Origin: Macrostomum lignano
Lineage: Eukaryota
Reading direction: 5' to 3'
Assembly (NCBI GenBank): GCA_002269645.1
Contig: NIVC01000760.1
Coordinates: forward strand, 65,972-129,971
DNA: 64,000 nucleotides
Positions 18,260-30,949 of the stretch are shown piece by piece (the first letter of the stretch is position 1; the number at the start of each line of letters is the position of its first letter). The notes under the pieces were generated by a model. The model saw only the letters and a program-made list of their open reading frames with translations. It ran no database searches and had not been told where the DNA came from. The translations under genes were made by a program, and so were the position numbers.

Positions 18260-18468
18260 GCGCCAGCACAAGGGGCGCCAGCACCAGGGGCGCCAGCACC
18301 AGGGGCGCCAGCACCAGGGGCGCCAGCACCAGGGGCGCCAGCACCAGGGGCGCCAGCACAAGGGGCGCCAGCACCAGGGGCGCCAGCACCAGGGGCGCCA
18401 GCACCAGGGGCACCAGCACCAGGGGCGCCAGCACCAGAGGCGCCAGCACCAGGGGCGCCAGCACCAGG
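18260..18468. repeat. 15-bp GC-rich repeat GCGCCAGCACCAGGG
   Basis: Period 15. Confidence 0.95.
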
Positions 18469-19524
18469 GATGTCAACATCTATTTAGTTTAGAAACAAGA
18501 ACAGAACGCTTCCAGTCCATCGAAGACTTTCCAGAGGTCCTTGGCCCAGAATCCGCGGATTTTTACCCGATTTTCCCCAATTGATGTCATTAGGGAAGTG
18601 CAACAGTTCCCTCCTCTCTCCATCTCCCTTACCCCCCCCCCCCCACCAGATTGTTACCTGTTGATCGCGCGGGCCCGATCGCGGGAAAAGGTGTAAAAAA
18701 TGGGGCCGAGTTTGCGTGCGGCAGATTAGGGGGGCGAAAGCGTATCATCGTCTGGGCAGGGTCCTAATTGACTCCCCCAAGCCTTAGCCGGGGCCGAATG
18801 GTTAAACGTTAATTAGTGTTCGCTTCAATAAGCGAGAGCGATCGAGAGCCGCTGGGGTGGGAGGCTAGGGAAGGATGTTTGTTAACAAATACAAGAGTAT
18901 AGCAATGGGATTTATAAGGGTTAGGGATTGGAATCATCAGGTGTCTAGATTATCCCTCTCCATGCTTCCTTCCCACCCAGTTTGGGAATAGGGGAGTGTA
19001 TTTATGCATATACAATATAAGTATCTAAGCCCTCCCTTTTAATCTGCCGCAACGGCCGCTGAAGACCCCCGCGGTATGAAATTTCGCTCTAACCTGGACG
19101 GGCGAACTGTTTGCTTTATCAGATCTTATGGCGGCTTCTCCCCCACCAGATGGCAATTACTAATTATTGCTATATAAAGCGGAATGCCCCCCACCCCAAA
19201 ATCCGCTTGGTAGCAAACTTGATGAGGCAGATTTTATGTTTTAAAAAATCTGCCAAAAATGTAGTGGAAGTTGTTATTTCTATTCCATTTTTACATATTT
19301 GAACTCTCCAATGATTACCTCTTGTTTTTGCTATACAAGTGTGCAAAATTTTCAACTTTTTTGTTTATATGCACTAATTAAACTTTAATTTATCGTGTAA
19401 TACAGAGGTTCGCAGAAATTCATAGGATAATTTATTAATTAATATTAAAAAGAACTGACTACACTATTTGAAGTGTAGTCAGTTCTACCTACTACCTACC
19501 TTATTACTTACTTACCCATTTATT

Positions 19525-19975
19525 TTTTGTCTGTCTATCTATCCTACGTGTCTGTCTATCTGTCTTACCTGTCTGTCTATCTGCCTTACCTGTCTGTCTA
19601 TCTGTCTTACCTGTCTGTTCTATCTGTCTTACCTGTCTGTCTATCTGTCCTACCTGTCTGTCTGTCTATCTATCTGTCCTACCTGTCTATCTGCCTTACC
19701 TGTCTGTCTATCTGTCCTACCTGTGTCTGTCTATCTGCCTTACCTGTCTGTCTATCTGTCTTACCTGTCTGTTTATCTGCCTTACCTGTCTGTCTATCTG
19801 CCTTAACTGTCTGTCTATCTGCCTTACCTGTCTGTCTATCTGCCTTACCTGTCTGTCTGTCTGTCTTACCTGTCTGTCTATCTGTCTTACCTGTCTGTCT
19901 ATCTGTCTTACCTGTCTGTCTATCTGTCCTACCTGTCTGTCTATCTGCCTTACCTGTCTGTTTATCTGTCTTTCG
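19525..19975. repeat. 21-bp CTGTCTGTCTATCTGTCTTAC repeat
   Basis: Direct inspection. Confidence 0.85.
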
Positions 19976-20734
19976 CCCCTGTCCATCAGTTCCCTCTATA
20001 GCGTATGTTTTATTTTTGATTTTAACACAGTCTTAAGCAGCCCCTATTATTCTTAATTCCCAATATTTTCCCCTAGAAAAATCCCATTTTTAACTTGACC
20101 ATTTATATAGCGCTTATAAGTTTCAGTCCAGATGATGATGAAGGAGGCTGGCAGTTGTAATGCTAATTAAATGTACCCTCCCCCCTCAAACCCAACCGAT
20201 AAAGCAGCACACATGATACGAGAGCCGCCTATGTGGGGGCGGCTGAACGCCCCAAGCAGCTCTGCAGATTGGCATCCCAGATAAAAAACACAACGAACCC
20301 GTCTGCACCCAATTGGGAAAAACTGCTTAAGGCAAAGGCATGCCTGGTGGCTGCTATAGTGGCAACGGAAAGTGATTAGAGGCTAAACTTGATGAAGCAT
20401 CCTTCGATGGCCGATAAACCAACACTCCCAACACCCACCGTTTCAAGCCCCAACTGAAAAAAAATCTCAACAAACCTGACCCACTGCTGCGTTACAATAA
20501 GTGTTACTAATATGATTGTTAGTTTATCTTATATTTCAGTTCAGTAGGGGCCTGCAAAAGGTGCTGTATCCACGTGGGGTCGCTGCTTATAGACAATGCG
20601 GGAGACAGATTTACTTTTGGTAATAAATAAGCAGCACAGTGGGAGTTCTCTGTACCTGTCAGGGAGGCCTAAAAGCGGAGTCTGGAATGATACGTCTCTT
20701 CTACATCAATATCGTTTTACTTTTCGAGCTGGAG

Positions 20735-21435
20735 TCTGACACCTCAGTGTCTACTCTGTCTGACATCTCAGTGTCTACTCTGTCTGACACCTCAGTGTCT
20801 ACTCTGTCTGACACCTCAGTGTCTACTCTGTCTGACATCTCAGTGTCTACTCTGTCTGACACCTCAGTATCTACTCTGTCTGACACCTCAGTATCTACTC
20901 TGTCTGACACCTCAGTATCTACTCTGTCTGACATCTCAGTGTCTACTCTGTCTGACACCTCAGTGTCTACTCTGTCTGACACCTCAGTGTCTACTCTGTC
21001 TGACACCTCAGTATCTACTCTGTCTGACACCTCAGTATCTACTCTGTCTGACACCTCAGTATCTACTGTGTCTGACACCTCAGTATCTACTCTGTCTGAC
21101 ACCTCAGTATCTACTGTGTCTGACACCTCAGTATCTACTCTGTCTGACACCTCAGTATCTACTGTGTCTGACACCTCAGTATCTACTCTGTCTGACACCT
21201 CAGTATCTATTCTGTCTGACACCTCAGTATCTACTGTGTCTGACACCTCAGTATCTACTCTGTCAGACACCTCAGTGTCTACTCTGTCTGACACCTCAGT
21301 ATCTACTCTGTCTGACACCTCAGTATCTACTGTGTCTGACACCTCAGTATCTACTCTGTCTGACACCTCAGTATCTACTGTGTCTGACACCTCAGTATCT
21401 ACTGTGTATGACACCTCAGTGTCTACTCTCTCTGA
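20735..21435. repeat. 24-bp repeat TCTGACACCTCAGTATCTACTCTG
   Basis: Period 24, about 29 copies. Confidence 0.95.
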
Positions 21436-21964
21436 TACTGCACCCTTGTAACTCCGTTTCATAATCCTGGGCCTCCTTGGTTTCCAGTCACTACATAAAG
21501 TTACTGTCTGTCACAAGTGCTGACACTTTTGTTAGCTAATAAATATAAGTCATGAAACAAAGACTTCCCATTTGCTGTTTTGCTGTGTTTCTGTCAGCCC
21601 GATCCAGATGGCAGCACTCAAATTACAGGGGCTGTTTCCGCTATTTTTTAAAGATTGTCCTGTCCTTATCGCGGCTCGGTGATCTATTGGTGATAGGAAA
21701 GTTGGGAAAATTATCCCATGCCAGGTCAGGTCTCCATTGATGACGGAGCATTGTTGACTGTGTTAGTTATACGAGAACTCAATCCAGTTTTGTAAAGTAT
21801 ATAATTATAATACACACCATTCCCTAATCACACGTCTCACTTATGGGAATATTGGACTTTAAGATTCACACTCTAGAATCTCACACTTAAATCTCACTGT
21901 CAGAATCTTATTCTTAGAAGCTCACCCATGAATATTAAAGTCTTAAGAGTCTTTTCAGACAAGA

Positions 21965-22380
21965 TTTTCTCAGACAAAGCGCGAGAGAGTCAGACAAGGC
22001 GCGAGAGTCAGACAAGGCGCGAGAGAGTCAGACAAGGCGCGAGAGAGTCAGACAAAGCGCGAGAGAGTCAGACAAGGCGCGAGAGAGTCAGACAAGGCGC
22101 GAGAGTCAGACAAGGCGCGAGAGAGTCAGACAAGGCGCGAGAGAGTCAGACAAGGCGCGAGAGTCAGAAAAGGCGCGAGAGAGTCAGGCAAGGCGCGAGA
22201 GTCAGACAAGGCGCGAGAGTCAGAAAAGGCGCGAGAGAGTCAGGCAAGGCGCGAGAGTCAGACAAGGCGCGAGAGAGTCAGACAAGGCACGAGAGAGTCA
22301 GACAAGGCGCGAGAGAGTCAGACAAGGCACGAGAGAGTCAGACAAGGCGCGAGAGTCAGACAAGGCGTGAGAGTCAGGCA
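21965..22380. repeat. 18/20-bp repeat GCGCGAGAGAGTCAGACAAG
   Basis: Direct inspection. Confidence 0.9.
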
Positions 22381-23028
22381 TCAGAGTTGGTCAGTAAATT
22401 TTCTCAGCCAATTAGTAGCCCTTCCCCACTGTCTGGTGGCCGCTGCTGTGAGAGACACGGGGGGGGAGCGGCCCCAGGAAACAGGGGCCGCGCAGCCCCA
22501 GCTCAGCGGGAAATTAGCCCTCAGCCAGACAATATCGTGGGAAAAATTCGCCCCTCCGTGCATTCGTAGAAAAGAAGAGGAATTTACACTCTAGTCGCCC
22601 TCATTTCCCCTTGCCCACCCACTTGCCGGCTATTCCCGATGATTTAGCCAAAAGAGACAAAAGCAACTGCTTAGCTTAATTGCTGCTTTTAAAAAGGCTA
22701 TAGCTAGGCTAGTTAGTGAGTTAGTTATCAAAACTGCATAAGCTAAATAGTTTGAAGAAGGCACCAGGCGAGTCAGTTTAATTAAGGCAGTTCTTGACCG
22801 CGGGTTTCGACATTATCGATACTGCGAAATATTTTAGCTAATTGCTAACAGGCATTGGCAGCACTGTCGCTAGCAGGAATGTCGGTCTACTGGGGCGGGG
22901 GGGGTAATGAGGCTTATCTAACAACTTGTAAAGCTCCCTCTTTAAGGGTTAACCAGCTATTGATTGTCTGGCACTAACTGTCAATCACGGTCTTTGTTGA
23001 TTTGGGTATCACACAGACTTGATTTTTT

Positions 23029-24623
23029 CAGTCAGTCAGTCAGTCAGTCAGTCAGTCAGTCAGTCAGTCAGTCAGTCAGTCAGTCAGTCAGTCAGTCAGT
23101 CAGTCAGTCAGTCAGTCAGTCAGTCAGTCAGTCAGTCAGTCAGTCAGTCAGTCAGTCAGTCAGTCAGTCAGTCAGTCAGTCAGTCAGTCAGTCAGTCAGT
23201 CAGTCAGTCAGTCAGTCAGTCAGTCAGTCAGTCAGTCAGTCAGTCAGTCAGTCAGTCAGTCAGTCAGTCAGTCAGTCAGTCAGTCAGTCAGTCAGTCAGT
23301 CAGTCAGTCAGTCAGTCAGTCAGTCAGTCAGTCAGTCAGTCAGTCAGTCAGTCAGTCAGTCAGTCAGTCAGTCAGTCAGTCAGTCAGTCAGTCAGTCAGT
23401 CAGTCAGTCAGTCAGTCAGTCAGTCAGTCAGTCAGTCAGTCAGTCAGTCAGTCAGTCAGTCAGTCAGTCAGTCAGTCAGTCAGTCAGTCAGTCAGTCAGT
23501 CAGTCAGTCAGTCAGTCAGTCAGTCAGTCAGTCAGTCAGTCAGTCAGTCAGTCAGTCAGTCAGTCAGTCAGTCAGTCAGTCAGTCAGTCAGTCAGTCAGT
23601 CAGTCAGTCAGTCAGTCAGTCAGTCAGTCAGTCAGTCAGTCAGTCAGTCAGTCAGTCAGTCAGTCAGTCAGTCAGTCAGTCAGTCAGTCAGTCAGTCAGT
23701 CAGTCAGTCAGTCAGTCAGTCAGTCAGTCAGTCAGTCAGTCAGTCAGTCAGTCAGTCAGTCAGTCAGTCAGTCAGTCAGTCAGTCAGTCAGTCAGTCAGT
23801 CAGTCAGTCAGTCAGTCAGTCAGTCAGTCAGTCAGTCAGTCAGTCAGTCAGTCAGTCAGTCAGTCAGTCAGTCAGTCAGTCAGTCAGTCAGTCAGTCAGT
23901 CAGTCAGTCAGTCAGTCAGTCAGTCAGTCAGTCAGTCAGTCAGTCAGTCAGTCAGTCAGTCAGTCAGTCAGTCAGTCAGTCAGTCAGTCAGTCAGTCAGT
24001 CAGTCAGTCAGTCAGTCAGTCAGTCAGTCAGTCAGTCAGTCAGTCAGTCAGTCAGTCAGTCAGTCAGTCAGTCAGTCAGTCAGTCAGTCAGTCAGTCAGT
24101 CAGTCAGTCAGTCAGTCAGTCAGTCAGTCAGTCAGTCAGTCAGTCAGTCAGTCAGTCAGTCAGTCAGTCAGTCAGTCAGTCAGTCAGTCAGTCAGTCAGT
24201 CAGTCAGTCAGTCAGTCAGTCAGTCAGTCAGTCAGTCAGTCAGTCAGTCAGTCAGTCAGTCAGTCAGTCAGTCAGTCAGTCAGTCAGTCAGTCAGTCAGT
24301 CAGTCAGTCAGTCAGTCAGTCAGTCAGTCAGTCAGTCAGTCAGTCAGTCAGTCAGTCAGTCAGTCAGTCAGTCAGTCAGTCAGTCAGTCAGTCAGTCAGT
24401 CAGTCAGTCAGTCAGTCAGTCAGTCAGTCAGTCAGTCAGTCAGTCAGTCAGTCAGTCAGTCAGTCAGTCAGTCAGTCAGTCAGTCAGTCAGTCAGTCAGT
24501 CAGTCAGTCAGTCAGTCAGTCAGTCAGTCAGTCAGTCAGTCAGTCAGTCAGTCAGTCAGTCAGTCAGTCAGTCAGTCAGTCAGTCAGTCAGTCAGTCAGT
24601 CAGTCAGTCAGTCAGTCAGTCAG
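23029..24623. repeat. Perfect (CAGT)n microsatellite, about 1.6 kb
   Basis: About 398 uninterrupted units as read. Confidence 0.98.
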
Positions 24624-25029
24624 GATGGTCCGCAATGGCACTGGGGACCTTCACATGGCGGTCCAGCCAATTGTCTCTTTCCCTCAGTGTAATCAGAGAA
24701 ATAATTTTAATTGCCGCAAAGCGCCTATAATTTTCGGTTTTATTCGATCTCTTTCAAAGGTAGCGCAGCGCGAATGTCAGTGTGTGCGCCAATGTGTGTG
24801 TTGTGCGGAACACAAAGCGGATCCCAGAAGCTGCCACGCAGACCGCTTATAGCCTGGGATGCGGCGTTGATAAGGTGAGAGAAAGTGGTCAGCAGCGAGG
24901 TGATTCAGTTGAACCGGGCACAGGGACCTCCGATTTAAATTATTGGACTGGAAACCCATGCCGGCAATTGAGGCAGTGGAAATATCAGTGAGCGATATGG
25001 GAGCATATTTTAGTACTATAATTTCAACT

Positions 25030-25465
25030 CTAAGCTTCATCACCAACCCTAAGCTTCATCACCAACCCTAAGCTTCATCACCAAACCTAAGCTTCATCAC
25101 CAAACCAAAGCTTCATCACCAAACCTAAGCTTCATCACCAACCCTAAGCTTCATCACCAACCCTAAGCTTCATCACCAACCCTAAGCTTCATCACCAAAC
25201 CTAAGCTTCATCACCAACCCTAAGCTTCATCACCAAACCTAGGCTTCATCACCAACCCTAAGCTTCATCACCAAACCTAGGCTTCATCACCAAACCTAAG
25301 CTTCATCACCAACCCTAAGCTTCATCACCAAACCTAGGCTTCATCACCAACCCTAAGCTTCATCACCAAACCTAGGCTTCATCACCAACCCTAAGCTTCA
25401 TCACCAACCCTAAGCTTCATCACCAACCCTAAGCTTCATCACCAACCCTAAGCTTCATCACCAAC
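25030..25465. repeat. 19-bp repeat AACCCTAAGCTTCATCACC
   Basis: Period 19. Confidence 0.95.
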
Positions 25466-26089
25466 CGTAGCTTCTTCAATTTCTCCAATTTCCCCAATCT
25501 GAATTCCCAGTCCAGGTAAAGCCACCGATGGTCCATGGACATTGCCGGAACCAAAAGTTTGCTTATTACCGGGGCTGCCTTATCTCTCTTTACCTTGATG
25601 CCGAATTGAGGCAAAGCTTCCCCAGGAGCTATAAAATGCTATAGGTTCCGCAGCCTCGCATGGGCCCATGACTAGCGAATCTGTTATATCGTATAGACAT
25701 AAAAGATTTTGCCGACAAAATCGCATGAAAACTCCTAACTATCTAAGCTAGCGCGGCCCAATTTGCTGTTGAAATTTCCCAGATCTCCTAATATAAATGG
25801 GGGGGGGGCAGGTCTATCAAATGTCGGCAGGTAGAAGGTAGTGTGTGTAAGCTGATCAGGCTAATGTGCACCGTTTGGGTGAATGAATGACATTCAAAAT
25901 TATAACCCCAATCAGATTTGAAACTGCCTGCTAGTAAGAAGATAGTTCCTATATATACTAAAAATGTATGCACTAAGATTAGAAATTCTACTGGTCAAAA
26001 TGTGGACAATAAACTACTAGAAATAAAAGAGATTCGGATGAGATAGAACACGACTCTCATAGAGTTTGGATGGAGATGGAGAGGAGATG

Positions 26090-26525
26090 AAGAGGGAGAG
26101 ATGGAGAGGAGTGAGATGGAGAGGGGTGAGATGGAGAGGGGTGAGATGGAGAGGGGTGAGATGGAGAGGGGTGAGATGGAGAGGGGTGAGATGGAGAGGG
26201 GTGAGATGGAGAGGGATGAGATGGAGAGGGGTGAGATGGAGAGGGGTGAGATGGAGAGGGGTGAGATGGAGAGGGGTGAGATGAAGAGGAGTGAGACGGA
26301 GAGGAGTCAGATGGAGAAGGGTGAGATGGAGTGGGTAAGATGTTAAGGGGTGAGATGTTAAGGGGTGAGATGTTAAGGGGTGAGATGTTAAGGGGTGAGA
26401 TGGAGAGGGGTGAGATGTTAAGGGGTGAGATGGAGAGGGGTGAGATGTTAAGGGGTGAGATGGAGAGGGGTGAGATGTTAAGGGGTGAGATGGAGAGGGG
26501 TGAGATGTTAAGGGGTGAGACGGAG
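26090..26525. repeat. 15-bp repeat GAGATGGAGAGGGGT / GAGATGTTAAGGGGT
   Basis: Period 15, two unit variants. Confidence 0.9.
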
Positions 26526-28034
26526 AGCAAGAGCACAGGAAGCTACAGAGAAGGGCAATTACAGACTGCAGTCAGTTTCCTATTGATAAATTGAACTCGG
26601 AGTTGAAGGCCATAGCTCACAGTCTCAAATTATAGTTGTTGGCATTTTCTCCAGCCGCCCGCCTTCTAAGTAATTCCCAAAGAGATTTACGACAAACTGA
26701 CTGGCCGAGCGCGAAGATTAGGGGATGGGAATGCGGGATATTTCTGGCAGAAAATGGATTAGCTGTGGGCTGCGCCAGCCATTGGGAGGAAGAGGCCAAT
26801 TATTATTCAAGCGAGCTTTGAGCTTCTCAACACCCCCGCACAACTGCTCAAACCCCTTGCACCTGGGTCTCGGGGCTCAGCAGCCCCATCAGTCGAGTCC
26901 GGCGCAGGGACCACTGGGATATCTTGGACTGGAAAGCATCGGCAAAATCGCAACAACAAAATTAGACAAAACAATTAAGGCCAAGCAGAGCAACCGGATA
27001 ACGCGACCTCTTAAAAAATCTCACTCTCAGAATACCCAACCTTCAAAATCCCATTCTCAAAACCCTGCACCTTCAAAATCTCACTCTCAAAACCCTGCAC
27101 CTTCAAGTCTCACCCTCAAAACTAGGCACCTTCAAAATCTCATCCCCAAAACCCTGCACTTTCAAAATCTCATCTTTAAGACCTGCACCTTCAAAATCTC
27201 ACCCTCAAAATCCTACTCCTTCAAAATCTCATCCTGAACCTGCACCCTTCAAAATCTCTCAAAAGCAACGCAAACTTCAATTCAATCCACCAAATCCAAG
27301 GCCCTCACTTTTGCGGTCACATTCATGAGAAATGCGTTAATTATTAAGTTTGCTTTTAAAAAATTTCCATCAAAATCAACCTGGCAGGCCATCTAGGCAG
27401 CCAGTCCAATTCTTCAAAGAGGTCCCTGTGCAGAGTCAGTCGGTAGCATCTGCAGCTGTTCATCTCACCCATCAGCCTCCCCTTCCCGGATATTGCGGGT
27501 TGACCGTCTCCCACCCATCCCGTTCCTTGGCGGATGGATTATTACTATTATCACAGCTTAACGACTCTCCGCTGCTCAATTTTCTATAAAGCCTCGAATT
27601 TGGGGGGGGGGAAGATTTACCGTAGGGATATTTATCCCCACAGTCGGGGCAGTTCTTGGAATTGAAATTTTTTGTCATTTATAAGCTCGAATTGGCTGGT
27701 TAATAATAAAGATAAGGATTTTCAGTCACGTGACCAAAACCGGATATTGTCACCTGGCCTGGGTTATATAATTAATTATCCTTCTGGCCATTCCGTTTGA
27801 CCGCCGCAATTCTGTGTTCGGGGGTGTTGGCGCGTGAAAATCCTCTTTGTATGAGGCACGTGTCTCCCGGTCCCGTCCCTGCCCCCACTTGTATCTAAAC
27901 TCAAATTTTAAACCGACACCAGCCAAAATGAGCAGTCAATTAAATGTATGAAAATTCCATAATCTCTTTGTTTGAAATTCGAGCTAAATGTAGTGTCACA
28001 CAATGTCCTTCATCTGGAGGCTCGCAAATTCGCT

Positions 28035-29340
28035 AAATCTCCCAGTCTCTCCCACAATTCTCCCAATCTCTCCTCAACTCTCCCAATCTCTCCGCAATTC
28101 TCCCAATTATCCCAATCCCCACAATTCCCCCTAATTCTCCAAATCTCTCCTCAATTCTCACAATCTCTCCGCAATTCTCCCAATCTCTCCGCAATTCTCC
28201 TAATCTCTCCGCAATTCTCCCAATCTCTCCGCAATTCTCCCAATCTCTCCGCAATTTTCGCAATCTCTCCACAATTCTCCCAATCTCCGCGTAATTCCCT
28301 CAATATCCCCACAATTCTCCCAATCTCTCCGCAATTCTCCCAATCTCTCCGCAATTCTCCCAATCTCTCCGCAATTCTCCCAATCTCTCCGCAATTCTCC
28401 CAATCTCTCCACAATTCTCCCAATCTCCGCGTAATTCCCTCAATATCCCCACAATTCTCCCAAACTCTTCGCAATTCTCCCAATCTCCTCAATTCTCCCA
28501 ATCTCCGCAATTCTCCCAATCTCCGCAATTCTCCCAATCTCTCCGCAATTCTCCCAATTTCTCCGCAATTCTCCCAATCTCTCCGCAATTCTCCCAATCT
28601 CTCCACAATTCTCCCAATCTCCGCGTAATTCCCTCAATATCCCCACAATTCTCCCAAACTCTTCGCAATTCTCCCAATCTCCTCAATTCTCCCAATCTCT
28701 CCACAATTCTCCCAATCTCTCCGCAATTCTCCCAATCTCTCCGCAATTCTCCCAATCTCCGCGTAATTCCCTCAATATCCCCACAATTCTCCCAATCTCT
28801 CCGCAATTCTCCCAATCTCTCCGCAATTCTCCCAATCTCTCCACAATTCTTCCAATCTCCGCGTAATTCCCTCAATATCCCCACAATTCTCCCAATCTCT
28901 CCGCAATTCTCCCAATCTCCACAATTCTCCCAATCTCCACGTAATTCCCTCAATATCGCCACAATTCTCCCAAACTCTTCGCAATTCTCCCAATCTCCTC
29001 AATTCTCACAATCTCCGCAATTCTCCCAATCTCCGCAATTCTCCCAATCTCCTCAATTCTCCCAATCTCCGCAATTCTCCCAATCTCCGCAATTCTCCCG
29101 ATCTCCGCAATTCTCCCAATCTCCGCAATTCTCCTAATCTCCACAATTCGCCTAATCTCCGCGAGTTCCCCAATCTTTCTGGCAATTCTCCCAATCTCCA
29201 CAATTCTCCTTAATTTTCAGAATCCCCATAATTCTCTCAGTTCTCCTAATCTACTCAATTCTCCTAATCTCCGCAATTCGCCTAATCTCCGCAATTTCCC
29301 CAATCTTTTTAGCAATTCTCCCAATCCCTACAATTCTCAA
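28035..29340. repeat. 18/20-bp GCAATTCTCCCAATCTCTCC composite array
   Basis: Direct inspection, with higher-order CGTAATTCCCTCAATATCCCCACA insertions. Confidence 0.9.
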
Positions 29341-29941
29341 TTCTCCTGAATTATAAAACTAGCCAATTGCCCAAATCTCCCCAATCTTCCCCATAATCAT
29401 TATTGACATCTTCCTAATAATTCTACTAATCTCTTAAATATTCCGAGTCTTTCCGATTCTCAATATTTTCAATAAGCTAATCTCCCCGATATTGCTAATC
29501 TGCCAAATTCACTCCCCCAAAATCTGCAGATAACTCTGAGACGAAAGCAAGCAAGCCAAATAAATAAGCGGAGCCAAAATGCGTTTTTCTTCCAAAAGAA
29601 TAAAATTCGAAACAAAGACCAAAAACGCGCACACACTACGGTGACGAATATACTTTATGGGCAGCTTATAAAAACCATATTTTTCATATAGAAGAACAGA
29701 AAAACAGGAAACAGAAACAGGAAAATATGAGCGCCAATAAACTAATAGAATTTTCCACAACAATTATAATTAATTGACAGAAAATTAAAACATGCGTCAC
29801 AATATTATAAAATTAGAAACACGAAACAGATTGGTTGGTTAGACCAAAAATTGGCTGAATGGTGATTTTTGCTAAAAAAATATAAAAACATTGAACTACT
29901 TGATTGGTATGGCAATAAGGACAGGGTTTATAAAAAAATAG

Positions 29942-30756
29942 TGTGACGTTGTCAGTTTAAGGTGGTCCCGAAAAGGGCCGTTGGACTGCTGTTCTCCATA
30001 GTCATTCAACCCTTCAGTTTCACCGTTTCAACTAAACTTTTCCATTCGTTTATTGCGACGTTTACTTGCAGTAATGCCCAACGATTTTGTGGCAATTTCT
30101 AACTCACTGTATATTTTGCTACCCTCTCTCGCGACCGTATAAAATTGGCACGATCGATAATTTTAAGTTCTCTCGCCAGCCAATGAAATCAGTCGTGCTC
30201 GCGCTACCCCCCTCTGCGCTCTTTTATTAAACCCCCCCCGCCTGGCGGCGGGCACCCCTCACGCTTTTCGTCTCTCCTGTCCCGTTTCTTCTCTCCTTCC
30301 CTGGCTGTCTCATCTGTTTGTCTGGCTGCCTAGAGCCTCCCTATTTCTCGCCACGGCCCCTCTGTCTGGGCCAGTCTGCTCACACACTTACTTGACTGTC
30401 TCACGCCACGGCCGACGCCAAACTCGCCACTACGTTTCACTGCCTTCACTGTGCTCATAGCCACTGCTCACGTCACGTCGCCATTACATCACTCGTCTGT
30501 CGCTTGAACACTCATCCGATTTATCTTGAAAGAAACCATTGTTGCAGCCGCCAGTGCCCAGGAAACCATAGTTTGTTATTTGCCAGTAACAACCAACTTA
30601 CTATTTATATTGATAATAAAAACGACTACGGCAGTTTCCTGCCCTTATTGCCAAGTGCTCCGCTACACCATCCACTGCGCCTGAGTTGACTCCAACTTAT
30701 TTTTGGGACTAAAACGGCCCTTTTAAGGGTCACGGCCAACATCAATTAACGTGACA
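29942..30756 (+). mobile_element. Solo LTR (about 815 bp), probably Ty3/Gypsy-type
   Basis: Begins TGTGACGTT and ends AACGTGACA (8/9-bp terminal inverted repeat, TG...CA ends). Flanked by a direct ATAG 4-bp duplication (29938-29941 and 30757-30760). Internal TATAAAA at 30138-30144 and AATAAA at 30615-30620 on the + strand. Confidence 0.75.
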
Positions 30757-30949
30757 ATAGTTGAAACAGATTTACCTGTTGTTTCTGTTTAATTAAACAA
30801 ACGCACAACAAATGCAGCAACTGCGAATGCAAAAAGTTGATAAAATATGATGACGCAATTGTCGAGAGAGAAAATGCTTAGAATTTCAAACATTGGCACG
30901 CAAACTGCGCGCTAAGCTTTTATTATTGGTCGATGTTTTTCAAACCATG

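Noticed and set aside
18229-18492. GAPAP/STRGA repeat ORFs resembling elastomeric proteins
   Set aside because: Pure 15-bp DNA repeat open in several frames, with no synonymous variation pattern or flanking coding context.
20639-21462. SDRVDTEV / SDTSVSTL repeat ORFs on both strands
   Set aside because: A 24-bp array is divisible by 3 and open on both strands; no unique domain or exon links.
22964-24730. 588-aa and 557-aa SQSV ORFs
   Set aside because: Translation of the (CAGT)n microsatellite.
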